From: an uncultured Alphaproteobacteria bacterium
GTDB taxonomy: Bacteria; Pseudomonadota; Alphaproteobacteria; JAJFIK01
NCBI GenBank assembly: GCA_964531285.1
Contig: CAZHDI010000010.1
Location: 1-59,702 of the forward strand
Length of the DNA: 59,702 nt
Direction of reading: 5' to 3'
The position numbers and the translations under genes are program-made. The notes under the pieces are model-generated. The model searched no databases and had not been told where the DNA came from. It saw only the letters and a program-made list of their open reading frames with translations. Of the stretch, positions 1 through 9,583 are shown piece after piece; the stretch's first letter is position 1; each line of letters begins with the position of its first letter.

Positions 1-19
1 TGGCCCGACGGAGCGTTTC

Positions 20-535
20 ATGATTATCGACGACCTGAGTGCCCCTCATCCAATGGCCCGTTGTGGGGCCGCGTGGCGATTATCGACCGACCAGGTCATG
101 GGCGGTGTATCGTCAGGCACGCTCACCCGAGAAACCGTGGCCGGTCGGACCGCGCTGCGGATGCGGGGCACGGTGCGCCTGGAAAATAATGGCGGCTTCG
201 TGCAGGCCGGGATCGATCTGCAGGCGGATGGCCGTTCGATCGATGTGAGCGGGTTCACGGGCTTGACGCTGGATGTGTACGGCAACGGTGAAACCTATGG
301 GATTCATGTGCGGACCGATGACACCGTGCGCCCCTGGCAGTCGTACCGGCAGAGCTTCATGGCTCTGCCGGCGTGGCGGACGATCCGCCTCCCCTTCACA
401 GGCTTCACGCCTCACCGGGTGGATGCCGCCTTAGACCTCACCCGGATACGCCGGATCGGGTTGGCCGCAATCGGGTCAGCCTTCGAGGCCGATGTGGCCC
501 TGGGGCGGCTGGTGCTCGACACGGCGCCGTCCTAG
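20..535 (+). CDS. CIA30-family (complex I intermediate-associated protein 30-like) domain protein
   Basis: 171-aa ORF with DQVMGGVSSG and ENNGGFVQ motifs typical of bacterial CIA30-family proteins. Overlapping antisense ORFs are Arg/Pro-rich artefacts. Confidence 0.65.
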   Translation: MIIDDLSAPHPMARCGAAWRLSTDQVMGGVSSGTLTRETVAGRTALRMRGTVRLENNGGFVQAGIDLQADGRSIDVSGFTGLTLDVYGNGETYGIHVRTDDTVRPWQSYRQSFMALPAWRTIRLPFTGFTPHRVDAALDLTRIRRIGLAAIGSAFEADVALGRLVLDTAPS

Positions 536-562
536 CGCCTCTGGAAAGCCCCGCAACCTGTC

Positions 563-1174
563 TTACTTGGTGGACATGGCCTTCTGGAACGCAGGGCGTG
601 CCGCGACACGGCCAACATAGGCCTTGAGATCGGCCATCTCGTCCGGCACGCAACCCAGCATATTGCTCATGAAGCTTGCATGGCCGAGCATGATGTCGGC
701 GCCGGAGAAATTGCCGATAAGATAGTCCTTGCCCGCCAGGGTCTCGTTGACCGGCTCGAGCGCCTTGGTCAAGAGCCGCTTAGCCTGTCCGAGGACGGTC
801 TCATCGCGCCGTTCCGGCGGCAGGAGAATCGTCTGTACAACGATGGTATTGACGGGCGGCATCACCATGCCTTCGCAATAGTGGAACCATTGCAAGTAAG
901 CCGGGAACTCGGGTGCCGATACGGCGGGCTTGAGGCCGCCGTTCTTGTGGCGCTCAAGGATGTAGTCAACGATTGCCCCGGATTCGTAGAGGATGACGTC
1001 TCCGTCCTCCAAGACCGGCACGCGGCCCAGCGGATGGCGTGCACGGTGCGCATCCGATTTCAGATCCTTGGGATGAAACGCCATCGTGTTGAGTTCATAG
1101 GGCAGTCCGAGTTCCTCGAGCAGCCAGACGATCCGGCCCGCACGGGAATTCGGTGCAAAGTGAAGCTTGAGCAT
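563..1174 (-). CDS. glutathione S-transferase family protein
   Basis: 203 aa. N-terminal thioredoxin-like GST fold (RVPVLEDGDVILYESGAIVDYI) and a helical C-terminal domain. Confidence 0.9.
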   Translation of the reverse strand: MLKLHFAPNSRAGRIVWLLEELGLPYELNTMAFHPKDLKSDAHRARHPLGRVPVLEDGDVILYESGAIVDYILERHKNGGLKPAVSAPEFPAYLQWFHYCEGMVMPPVNTIVVQTILLPPERRDETVLGQAKRLLTKALEPVNETLAGKDYLIGNFSGADIMLGHASFMSNMLGCVPDEMADLKAYVGRVAARPAFQKAMSTK

Positions 1175-1215
1175 GGGATGGGTCCTCTCTCACGGTTGCA
1201 ATACGGCCGGCCGGC

Positions 1216-1617
1216 TTAGTCTCTTTCGTCCGGCGTAATTTGGCCGTCGTCGTTCTGATCGGCATTGTCGAACGCGCGCGGCGGGATGGCATCCCATTCC
1301 TCCGGCGAAAGACTGTCATCGCCATCGGCATCGACCCGATTGAACACACGCCGGGCAATGAAGGCGCTACTGATCGCACCCGACATGGCGTCGACAAATT
1401 CATCGTCTGACAAGCCGCCGCTGTTATCCGCGTCGAACCGGGGGAAAAACGTCGCCCGCGCGGCGATGAATTCCTCACGCGTGACGATGCCGTCTTCGTT
1501 CGCGTCCGACAATGCCAGCATACCTGCAAAATCGGGCATCGCGGTTTCCGGCGTATCGGAGGCGTGAGCGAGGACCGGCAGGAGCAGGGCCGTGGCCAGG
1601 GTCAGGATCGATCTCAT
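1216..1617 (-). CDS. secreted EF-hand calcium-binding protein
   Basis: Signal peptide (LLLPVLAHA) followed by four D-x-[DN]-x-[DG] loops: DANEDGIVTREEF, DADNSGGLSDDEF, DADGDDSLSPEEW, DQNDDGQITPDE. Confidence 0.8.
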   Translation of the reverse strand: MRSILTLATALLLPVLAHASDTPETAMPDFAGMLALSDANEDGIVTREEFIAARATFFPRFDADNSGGLSDDEFVDAMSGAISSAFIARRVFNRVDADGDDSLSPEEWDAIPPRAFDNADQNDDGQITPDERD

Positions 1618-1671
1618 AAGGGGGTCTCCGTGGTTGGGTGCAGACAGGTGCCCGGCGCCGCCGCCGTGGGA

Positions 1672-2739
1672 TCAGCGCGTGGCACGAATGAAATCCAGAA
1701 TCACTTGGGCGACCTGATCGGGGGCGTTTTCCTGTACGAAATGGCCGCCGCCTTTGATTGTGGTGTGGGGGTGTCCCCTGGCGCCGGGAACCCGCTCGAT
1801 AAAGGCTTGATCGCCGCCTTTGGTCACGGGGTCATCATCGGCGAAGGCGCAAAGAAACGGCTTCTCGAACGTTTCATAGAAAGCCCAGGCGCGCCGTTGC
1901 GCATCGAGTGCCGGATCGGTGGGCAAGGTCGGCACGCGGCTCGGCATGGCGCGCGGCCCCATTTTGTAAGCCGGCGACGGGAAGGGGGCGTCATAGGCCT
2001 TGGCCAGCGGGGTCGCCATGAGCGTGCCAAGCCCGATCTTGTAAGCCAGAAACGTCAATGCCTGTTGGGGGCGGCTCATGGGATCCAGCGACATGGACAT
2101 CATGAGTCCGACGGGCAGATCCTCCGTTTCCCAACAGAATTTCTGCCAATAGGCGAATTTGAGGGCCGGTTCCTCGCTGGACATTTTGGAAAGAGCGTTC
2201 GCCATTTGAGGAAGGGTCGGTGTCCTGGCTTCGGCGCGGAAGGCCTCAACCGCTCGGACTGTGTCTTCACCGATGTCGGGATTATACGGAAGACCCGTGT
2301 TCGATATGACCACCCGATCAAAACGGTCGGGATGGTCAGCGATCATCCGTAGGCCGATCAGTCCACCCCAGTCCTGACCGAAAAATGTGATGTTCCGAAA
2401 GTCATTCGCTGTCAACCAGGCGCCCATCCAGTCCACCTGTCGCTGATAGGTGAAATCCTCTCGGGCCGCTGGCTTGTCGGACTTGCCATAGCCGGGCAGA
2501 TCCGGCGCGATCACGCGGCATCCTTCGGCCGTGAGCGGCGGGATCATCTTGCGATAGAGATAGCTCCAAACCGGCTGGCCGTGCATGCACAAAACCAGGG
2601 GGCCATCGCGCGGGCCCTCATCCAGATGATGAATGCGCAGATCGGTACCGTCATCGGTTCGAATGGTGGTGTAGTGCGGGGCGAAGGGATAATCGGCGAG
2701 GCCCGCGAAGCGTTCGTCCGGCGTGCGCACGAGTTTCAT
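1672..2739 (-). CDS. haloalkane dehalogenase-like alpha/beta hydrolase (DhlA/HLD-I type)
   Basis: HGQPVWSYLYRKMIPPL and FFGQDWGGLIGL (nucleophile elbow) closely resemble Xanthobacter DhlA. Start moved to the internal ATG at 2739, which is preceded by GGAGGGG. The track ORF extends to 2790. Confidence 0.85.
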   Translation of the reverse strand: MKLVRTPDERFAGLADYPFAPHYTTIRTDDGTDLRIHHLDEGPRDGPLVLCMHGQPVWSYLYRKMIPPLTAEGCRVIAPDLPGYGKSDKPAAREDFTYQRQVDWMGAWLTANDFRNITFFGQDWGGLIGLRMIADHPDRFDRVVISNTGLPYNPDIGEDTVRAVEAFRAEARTPTLPQMANALSKMSSEEPALKFAYWQKFCWETEDLPVGLMMSMSLDPMSRPQQALTFLAYKIGLGTLMATPLAKAYDAPFPSPAYKMGPRAMPSRVPTLPTDPALDAQRRAWAFYETFEKPFLCAFADDDPVTKGGDQAFIERVPGARGHPHTTIKGGGHFVQENAPDQVAQVILDFIRATR

Positions 2740-3069
2740 AGACCCCTCCATCTTGCGGGCCGTCTGCGCGGCACCCCAATATATTGTCATGGTGACTGAC
2801 AGTATTCAATCCACCCTCAAGCGGCATGTCAATGTCGGTGGCGTCACCCGAGTGGCCATTCGAAGTTGCGGCGGTGACATCCGTCGTGAGACCGGCGGGC
2901 GATTTTCATTTGGCGTTCATTTTTTGACACAACGAGTGTTACGATCATGCCAAGAAGAGCATTCCTTGGCGGTACCGAGCGGTTTGCGCGTGGTGCCGGG
3001 GGGATCGTTGTTCGCATGCTGGGGCAAAGCGCGGGACAACCGGGCCGATGAGAGCGGGAGGCAAGTGAG

Positions 3070-4755
3070 ATGATACGGAAGATCGCATTGGGGTTTGTGG
3101 CGGTGATCCTCATCAGCGCAGCGGTTGTGTGGTTCAACCGTGAAGCGATCGTCATGTTTGTGGTGGCCAATACCGGCAAAGAGGATGTGGCCGAGAACCG
3201 CGCGGTCGAATGGGAGCAGGGCCCCTCAACGCCCGCTACGCTCTCCGGCGAACGGCCACCCAATATCGTTTTCATCCTCGCGGACGATCTCGGCATCAAC
3301 GATATCTCGACCTTCGGTGGCGGTGTGGCCGGCGGCGCCGTCCCGACACCGAATATCGACCGTCTTGCGGCCGAGGGTGCCATCTTCAGCCAAGCCTATT
3401 CGGGCACCGGTACGTGCGCGCCGTCGCGCGCCATGCTCATGACGGGGCGTTATCCGACACGGACCGGATTTGAGTTCACGCCGACACCGCCGGGTATGGG
3501 ACCCATCATGGAGATGCTCGGCAATGCCATGCGGGAAGACTCCGGCCTGCCCGGCGTTGTCTTCAATGAAGAGGCTGCGGACAGTCAGCCAGCGTTCGAG
3601 GACATGGGACTGCCTGCGGACGAAGTGACCATTGCGGAACTTCTGAAGGAGGCGGGCTACCACACGGTTCATATCGGCAAATGGCATCTGGGACGCAACA
3701 CGCCGTTCCGCGCCGTTTCGCAGGGCTTCGACGAAAGCCTGCTGATGGCCAGCGGTCTGTTTCTGCCCGAAGATGATCCGAATGTGGTCAATGCAAAGCT
3801 GCCCTTCGATCCGATCGACCGATTCCTTTGGGCGCGTATGCAGTTTGCCGCCGATTTCGACCATGCCGGTGAGGAGCCCGTCGAGGAGTGGTTCGAGCCG
3901 GGCGGTTATCTGACCGATTATTGGACCGATGAGGCGTTGAAGGTCATCGAGGCCAATAAGAACCGGCCGTTCTTCCTTTATCTCGCCCATTGGGCCACCC
4001 ACACACCGCTTCAGGCAACGCGGGACGACTATGAGGCGGTTGGCGAACTGGAACCGCATCGCCTGCAGGTCTATGCCGCCATGATCCGCGCGCTCGACCG
4101 GAGCGTTGGACGTGTGATGGACAAGCTCGAGGCCGAAGGTCTCGCCGACAATACGATCATCGTGTTTTCATCGGACAACGGAGGGCCTGGCTATATCGGT
4201 CTGCCGGAGGTCAATGCGCCCTATCGGGGCTGGAAGATCACGCTGTTCGAGGGCGGTATTCGTGTCCCGATGTTTGTCAAATGGCCGGGCCGTATCGCCC
4301 CCGGCACGGTGATCGATACACCGGTCGCTCATATCGATGTCATGCCGACTTTGGCCGCGGCCGGCGATGCACCGCTGCCGCAAGGCGTCGAGATCGATGG
4401 CCGCAATATGCTGCCCGCGGCCTTCGGCACGGGGGACATCGATCGGCCGAATGACGCGATTTTCTGGTCCAGCGGCTTTTACAAGGTCGTTCGCGCGGGG
4501 GATTGGAAACTTCAGGTCAATGAGCGCCAGGATAAAGTCTGGCTGTACAATCTAGCGCAAGATCCATCGGAGCAGACCAACCTGGCCGATAGCCGTCCCG
4601 ATAAACGGGCCGAACTGGAGGCCCTGATCGAAGCGCATTGGGCCGATGCCCGCCCGCCGCTTTATCAGCACACGCTGGAAAGCCCTATTCGGCTCGATAA
4701 AACAAATGCCGATCCGGTCAGAGACGACGATGCTTATATCATCTGGCCGAATTGA
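3070..4755 (+). CDS. membrane-anchored sulfatase (arylsulfatase family)
   Basis: N-terminal TM helix. PNIVFILADDLG and the formylglycine motif C-A-P-S-R (TGTCAPSRAMLMTGRYP). Confidence 0.9.
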   Translation: MIRKIALGFVAVILISAAVVWFNREAIVMFVVANTGKEDVAENRAVEWEQGPSTPATLSGERPPNIVFILADDLGINDISTFGGGVAGGAVPTPNIDRLAAEGAIFSQAYSGTGTCAPSRAMLMTGRYPTRTGFEFTPTPPGMGPIMEMLGNAMREDSGLPGVVFNEEAADSQPAFEDMGLPADEVTIAELLKEAGYHTVHIGKWHLGRNTPFRAVSQGFDESLLMASGLFLPEDDPNVVNAKLPFDPIDRFLWARMQFAADFDHAGEEPVEEWFEPGGYLTDYWTDEALKVIEANKNRPFFLYLAHWATHTPLQATRDDYEAVGELEPHRLQVYAAMIRALDRSVGRVMDKLEAEGLADNTIIVFSSDNGGPGYIGLPEVNAPYRGWKITLFEGGIRVPMFVKWPGRIAPGTVIDTPVAHIDVMPTLAAAGDAPLPQGVEIDGRNMLPAAFGTGDIDRPNDAIFWSSGFYKVVRAGDWKLQVNERQDKVWLYNLAQDPSEQTNLADSRPDKRAELEALIEAHWADARPPLYQHTLESPIRLDKTNADPVRDDDAYIIWPN

Positions 4756-4850
4756 CCTGAGCCGCATAGATTGGACCGGTGCGGGCCGCCGCCTTGGCCC
4801 GTGCCATAATGAATGAAGATCCAATTGCCGCTGACAGAGGAGCGCACGCC

Positions 4851-6020
4851 ATGACTCCGAATGCCGAGTTCGATGTGGTCATTTATGGGGCCACCGGCTT
4901 CACGGGTAAGCTTGTCGTGGAGTATATGGCGGCGCACTATCCGCCGGGTTCCGGTGTCACCTGGGCGATGGCGGGGCGGTCCGAGGACAAACTGAAGACC
5001 GTCCGCAGCGAATGGGGCGCGTCGTCGGATACGCCGCTGATCGTGGCCGATGCGTCGGATCCCGGCTCAATCGACGCTATGGTTCGGCGCGCGAAATGCG
5101 TTTTGACGACGGTCGGTCCGTATACGCATTACGGTGAGCCGGTGGTCGCGGCCTGTGCCCGGGCGGGAACCGACTATGTCGATCTGTCGGGCGAGGTCCT
5201 CTGGATGAAGGACATGATCGACCAGTATTCGGATGCGGCACAGACGTCCGGCGCGCGGATCGTCCATTCCTGCGGTTTCGATTCCATTCCCTTCGATCTG
5301 GGCGTTCAGTTTCTCCAGGAAGAAGCCATCAAGCGGTTCGGCGGACCGTGTCCACGGGTGCGCGGCCGGATGCGGGCCATGCAGGGGACGTTTTCAGGCG
5401 GCACCGCGGCATCGGGCGCGGCGACCTTTGCGGCCGTCCAGAAAGATCCCTCCTTGTTCAATATTCTGGTTGACCCGTTCTCCCTGGCCGGCGGATTTCA
5501 AGGACCGGAGCAACCCGCGGGCAACAAGCCCATGGAAGAAGACGGCGTCTGGCTGGCGCCATTCATCATGGCACCGATCAATACTAAGAATATTCATCGC
5601 TCCAATATGCTGTCAGGCCATCCCTATGGAGAAGATTTCGTCTATGACGAGATGATGGTGGCCGGCACCGGCGATCAGGGCAAAGCGGTGGCCGAGGCTA
5701 TCGCGGGGATGCAGATGGGTGGCGATGATGGGCCCAAGCCCGGCGAAGGCCCTTCAAAACAGGAGCGCGACGCGGGCCACTACGACTATCTGGCGATTGG
5801 AACCGCTGCCGATGGCCGCGAGATTCGCATCGCCGTCACCGGGGATAAGGATCCCGGCTATGGCTCGACCTCCAAGATCATCTCCGAGGCTGCGATCTGC
5901 CTTGTGAAGGATTGCGCGGGTCTGCCGGGCGGCATTTATACGCCGGCGCCGGCTATGGGCGCCAAGCTGCGGGAGCGCCTCGTCGCCAAGGCTGGATTGA
6001 CCTTCACCGTTGAGGCGTGA
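4851..6020 (+). CDS. saccharopine dehydrogenase-like NAD(P)-binding protein
   Basis: FDVVIYGATGFTGKLV Rossmann motif at the N-terminus. ATG at 4851 is preceded by GAGGAG. The track ORF starts at 4779. Confidence 0.8.
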   Translation: MTPNAEFDVVIYGATGFTGKLVVEYMAAHYPPGSGVTWAMAGRSEDKLKTVRSEWGASSDTPLIVADASDPGSIDAMVRRAKCVLTTVGPYTHYGEPVVAACARAGTDYVDLSGEVLWMKDMIDQYSDAAQTSGARIVHSCGFDSIPFDLGVQFLQEEAIKRFGGPCPRVRGRMRAMQGTFSGGTAASGAATFAAVQKDPSLFNILVDPFSLAGGFQGPEQPAGNKPMEEDGVWLAPFIMAPINTKNIHRSNMLSGHPYGEDFVYDEMMVAGTGDQGKAVAEAIAGMQMGGDDGPKPGEGPSKQERDAGHYDYLAIGTAADGREIRIAVTGDKDPGYGSTSKIISEAAICLVKDCAGLPGGIYTPAPAMGAKLRERLVAKAGLTFTVEA

Positions 6021-6030
6021 TTGAGGCGTT

Positions 6031-7356
6031 TCAGTCGGCCTGGAACGCCCGGCGCATGCTGTTCGACAGCGGCGACATCAGATATTGCAGCGGGCTCATG
6101 CGCTCGTCATTGATAAAGACCTCGACCGGCATGCCGGCAACAAGCCGGATCGGATGATCAAGTCGGGTCCGGACGATGTCGATCGCTACGTCGCTCAATG
6201 TCAGGCGGGCCCGGTAGTAAGGTTCGCCGGATACTGGATCCACGCTGAGGTCTGTCGCGATGCTCTCAAGCAAGGCGGATAGCTCAGGTAGATTGCGCTG
6301 GGGCAATGCCGACAGAACGATCTTCGACGTCATGCCTGCCGTCACCGCATCAATGTCCTTCGGCCGCACCCGAGCCTCAATGACAAGCTCTTCCTGGTGC
6401 GGAACGACCTGGAGCAGAATCTGGCCGGGCGCGGCAACGCCGCCAACGGTGTTCACTGCTAGGTCGATGACCTGACCAGCCACCGGTGCACGGACGATGG
6501 CTGCAGCGAGGTCGCGGTCGACACGGGCCAGTTGACGGGATGTGTCGGCGATTTGCCGCGACAGCGCGGCGATGCGCTCCAGCCGGTCGATATCATCCTC
6601 TATGTCGATTTCCACGGTTTGGCGCTCAAGTTGCTCGATCTCATTCGCGGTACGGTGAATATCAGCGGCGAATTCCTCCAACTCGCCCAGAATGGCCGCT
6701 TCCTGCATGGCGAGTTCGTCGATTTCTCCGGACGCGGCGATGCCCCGGTCGGCGAGGGATCGGCGCCGATTAATCACAGTACGGAGAATGCGAAGCTGTT
6801 CGCCCTTGGCATCGCGGGCTTTCGTATAGGCCTTATGTTGAGCCGACAGAGTGCGATGGCTCCGGTCGATCTGGTCAAGAATGGCTGTACGCCGCTCCGA
6901 GCGCCGTCCTATCTGAGCCGCACGGCGGTCCAGAATGTCTTCAAGACGCGCCGCCCTCGCCTGGTCCATCAATCGGTTCGAGAATGCCGGAGGGGCCGTT
7001 CCGGCGGGATCCATCAGAAGTCCTTCCTTCTCCGCCTGGAGAACGATCAAGGAGGTGATCAAGGCATTATATTCCGCTCTTAGGACCGTGGTGTCGAAAG
7101 ATACTAAGGCGTCTCCTGCCGAGACTTCAGAGCCTTCCGTCACATGGATGGTGTCGATCCGGCCGCCTGTCTCATGCTGGATCGTCCGTGTCTCGCCGCG
7201 CGGCATCAATGTGCCCGAGGCAACGACGGGTCGTGGCAAAGAGACCATACTTGCAAATATGCCGGCAAGGACAAGGAAGATCGTTGCCGATATCAAGCCG
7301 ACACGGATAATTGAGGCAGCGAATGTTTGAAATGTCTCTGGAAATGGAGAGGTCAT
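6031..7356 (-). CDS. HlyD-family type I secretion periplasmic adaptor (MFP)
   Basis: N-terminal TM anchor, a long coiled-coil middle and a C-terminal beta-barrel region. The start overlaps the ABC stop (ATGA at 7353-7356). Confidence 0.9.
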   Translation of the reverse strand: MTSPFPETFQTFAASIIRVGLISATIFLVLAGIFASMVSLPRPVVASGTLMPRGETRTIQHETGGRIDTIHVTEGSEVSAGDALVSFDTTVLRAEYNALITSLIVLQAEKEGLLMDPAGTAPPAFSNRLMDQARAARLEDILDRRAAQIGRRSERRTAILDQIDRSHRTLSAQHKAYTKARDAKGEQLRILRTVINRRRSLADRGIAASGEIDELAMQEAAILGELEEFAADIHRTANEIEQLERQTVEIDIEDDIDRLERIAALSRQIADTSRQLARVDRDLAAAIVRAPVAGQVIDLAVNTVGGVAAPGQILLQVVPHQEELVIEARVRPKDIDAVTAGMTSKIVLSALPQRNLPELSALLESIATDLSVDPVSGEPYYRARLTLSDVAIDIVRTRLDHPIRLVAGMPVEVFINDERMSPLQYLMSPLSNSMRRAFQAD

Positions 7357-9506
7357 CCGTTTGCTGCCAGTTTTTGTAAGGTGGTGACGGTCATACGTTC
7401 GAGCAGCAGTTTGGCCTCAAGGGACAGGCGTCCGTCCTTCAGCGTTTGATGAATTTCGTCAACAGCCGATGCGGCCACGGCCAAGCCGAGCTCGGCTGAG
7501 GTCATGCGGCTGGTGTCTTGCGGCATGGAATCGACCAACGCTTGCACGCTGCAGGGCTCAGGGAAGAGATGGTGATCGTACTCGGTGGTTACGACCCAGC
7601 GGATATGTGTTTGCGCAACCTTCAGATGGATCGCGATGGGAGCATCCGTGGGCGACTCCGGTTGGACGTCCGCAATCAGCAGTTTGAAGACCTCTACAAG
7701 GAACAATTCGGAGCGTGCACAGAATTCTTCATCATCGAGATGATTGAGTTGAACTTCCACCCATCGGATGAGCCGTGGCACTTCTCCCAATGTTGGTTGA
7801 AGGTCGATTTGGCTCCGCTTCAAGCTCAAGCGGGCGAGGACTTGCCCCCGGTCCCCAAAGTCCCTCAGCCGCCCGTTGTCGAGCATCATGAGTTTGTCGG
7901 CAACGGCGAGCAACCCGGCCCGCTGAGCGATCAGGACAACGGCGGTACCCTCGCGTTTCAGCGTACCGATCGCCCGGATCAACGCCTGTTCCCCATCTCC
8001 ATCGAGATCTGACGCCGGTTCGTCGAGAACGACGAGACGTGGGCGGCCGAAAAGAGCGCGGGCGAGGGCAAGGCGTCGCAATTGTCCGCTCGAAAGCGGT
8101 GCACCGCTCGCATCGACCGGGGTTGCGAAGCCCTGTGCTGTGTCTCGGATCAATGGCTCCGTCTCGGATCGGATCACAGCATCGAGAATGTCGGCCGGAT
8201 CGGGTGCCGCTGCGAAGCTGGCGATATTCTTGCCGATATCACCTGGAAAAAACACCGGCTGTTGAGGGGCATAGCCGACCATAGCGGCGACTTGGCGCCG
8301 CGAAAGCTGCGTATACGGGACACCGTCGATGGCCATCGATCCCATAGGCGGTGGGCGTATCCCAGCAATTATCTCAGCAAGAATAGATTTCCCGGCACCG
8401 CTGGGCCCTCCAATCGCGAGGCACTCCCCGGGCGCCAAATCGAAGCTGATTCGATCCAACAGGGGTGGCATACCGGGACTGCTCGGTACGGAGATCATCC
8501 GGCCCTGAATATATCCCTTGATCACACCTTTTGCGATCTGGTCCGGACGATCGTCAATAAGCGTGGTGCTGAAGAAGGCCGCGATGCGGCGCCAAGCGTC
8601 GAGCGATGACGACAGGCCGGCCCATGATGCGGCAATCTGTTCACTGGGCGCGAGGGCCTTACCCAGAATGATCGACGCGGCAATCATCGCGCCGCTGCTC
8701 AATTCTCCTCGCAAGACTAGATAGGCGCCGAGCGCCAACACTATGATCTGCACAGATTGCCGCAGAAACCGGGCGAACTGAGATGTTAACGTCTGGCGCG
8801 CAACCGCCTGATAACTCGTACGTAAGCTGGTGTCGGTATCGCGGGCAAAGGTGGACGCCAGATTGCGTTCCAAACCCATTGCTGTGGCGACTGGGCCGGC
8901 TTTCGTCAGGGCATCGACGATTCCCAGAGCTTCCTTTTTTGCAACGATCGCATCGCTTGTCAGCTGTTTCGCTGAATACCATCCCACAACGGACAGCCCG
9001 ACCAGGCTCGCTGAGGCGACCAAGGCGATCACGAGAAAGAGAGGGTGGATTGCCCAGAGTACAATCATGAAAATGATCGACCAGGGTGCATCAATAACGA
9101 TAACGGCGCTTTGCCGGATAAAGGCCGAAACAGTACCAATGTCCTGGAGCGCGATCTTCGTTTGTATCGGATCGCTGGCCATGCGGTCATAGGCATCCCT
9201 GGAGAGGTTCTGCTCGAGCCACATGGCCATCCGGGTCATGAGCATCTGGCGAGTTCCCTCCATCCAGCTCATAATCAGAAAGGCAAGACAGGCAAAGACC
9301 AGAAGTACACCAAGTGTGTCGATATCCTGACTCGGAATGATCCGATCCATGATCTGCATCAGGAAGAGCGGGTTGGTGAGAGCAAGAATATTGACGATTC
9401 CGCCCAAAATCATTGCAACTGCGAATGCCAGCCGTGTGCCTGTCAGGTGATCCCCATACCAACGGCCATGGGGCGGAGTTCGCTGGGGCATGCAACTACC
9501 GATCAA
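7353..9506 (-). CDS. type I secretion system permease/ATPase with atypical C-terminal extension
   Basis: Six-TM ABC exporter domain. Walker A GPSGAGKS, signature LSSGQ, Walker B LVVLDEP. About 157 extra residues follow the NBD. The H-loop reads LIAQR. Confidence 0.9.
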   Translation of the reverse strand: MIGSCMPQRTPPHGRWYGDHLTGTRLAFAVAMILGGIVNILALTNPLFLMQIMDRIIPSQDIDTLGVLLVFACLAFLIMSWMEGTRQMLMTRMAMWLEQNLSRDAYDRMASDPIQTKIALQDIGTVSAFIRQSAVIVIDAPWSIIFMIVLWAIHPLFLVIALVASASLVGLSVVGWYSAKQLTSDAIVAKKEALGIVDALTKAGPVATAMGLERNLASTFARDTDTSLRTSYQAVARQTLTSQFARFLRQSVQIIVLALGAYLVLRGELSSGAMIAASIILGKALAPSEQIAASWAGLSSSLDAWRRIAAFFSTTLIDDRPDQIAKGVIKGYIQGRMISVPSSPGMPPLLDRISFDLAPGECLAIGGPSGAGKSILAEIIAGIRPPPMGSMAIDGVPYTQLSRRQVAAMVGYAPQQPVFFPGDIGKNIASFAAAPDPADILDAVIRSETEPLIRDTAQGFATPVDASGAPLSSGQLRRLALARALFGRPRLVVLDEPASDLDGDGEQALIRAIGTLKREGTAVVLIAQRAGLLAVADKLMMLDNGRLRDFGDRGQVLARLSLKRSQIDLQPTLGEVPRLIRWVEVQLNHLDDEEFCARSELFLVEVFKLLIADVQPESPTDAPIAIHLKVAQTHIRWVVTTEYDHHLFPEPCSVQALVDSMPQDTSRMTSAELGLAVAASAVDEIHQTLKDGRLSLEAKLLLERMTVTTLQKLAANG

Positions 9507-9583
9507 AGGAGACTAGGGCGTGGAGCAGGCGTGGGCACTCCTGGACCATACGATCCAGGAGCCATAAATATGGCGGCCGTTGA

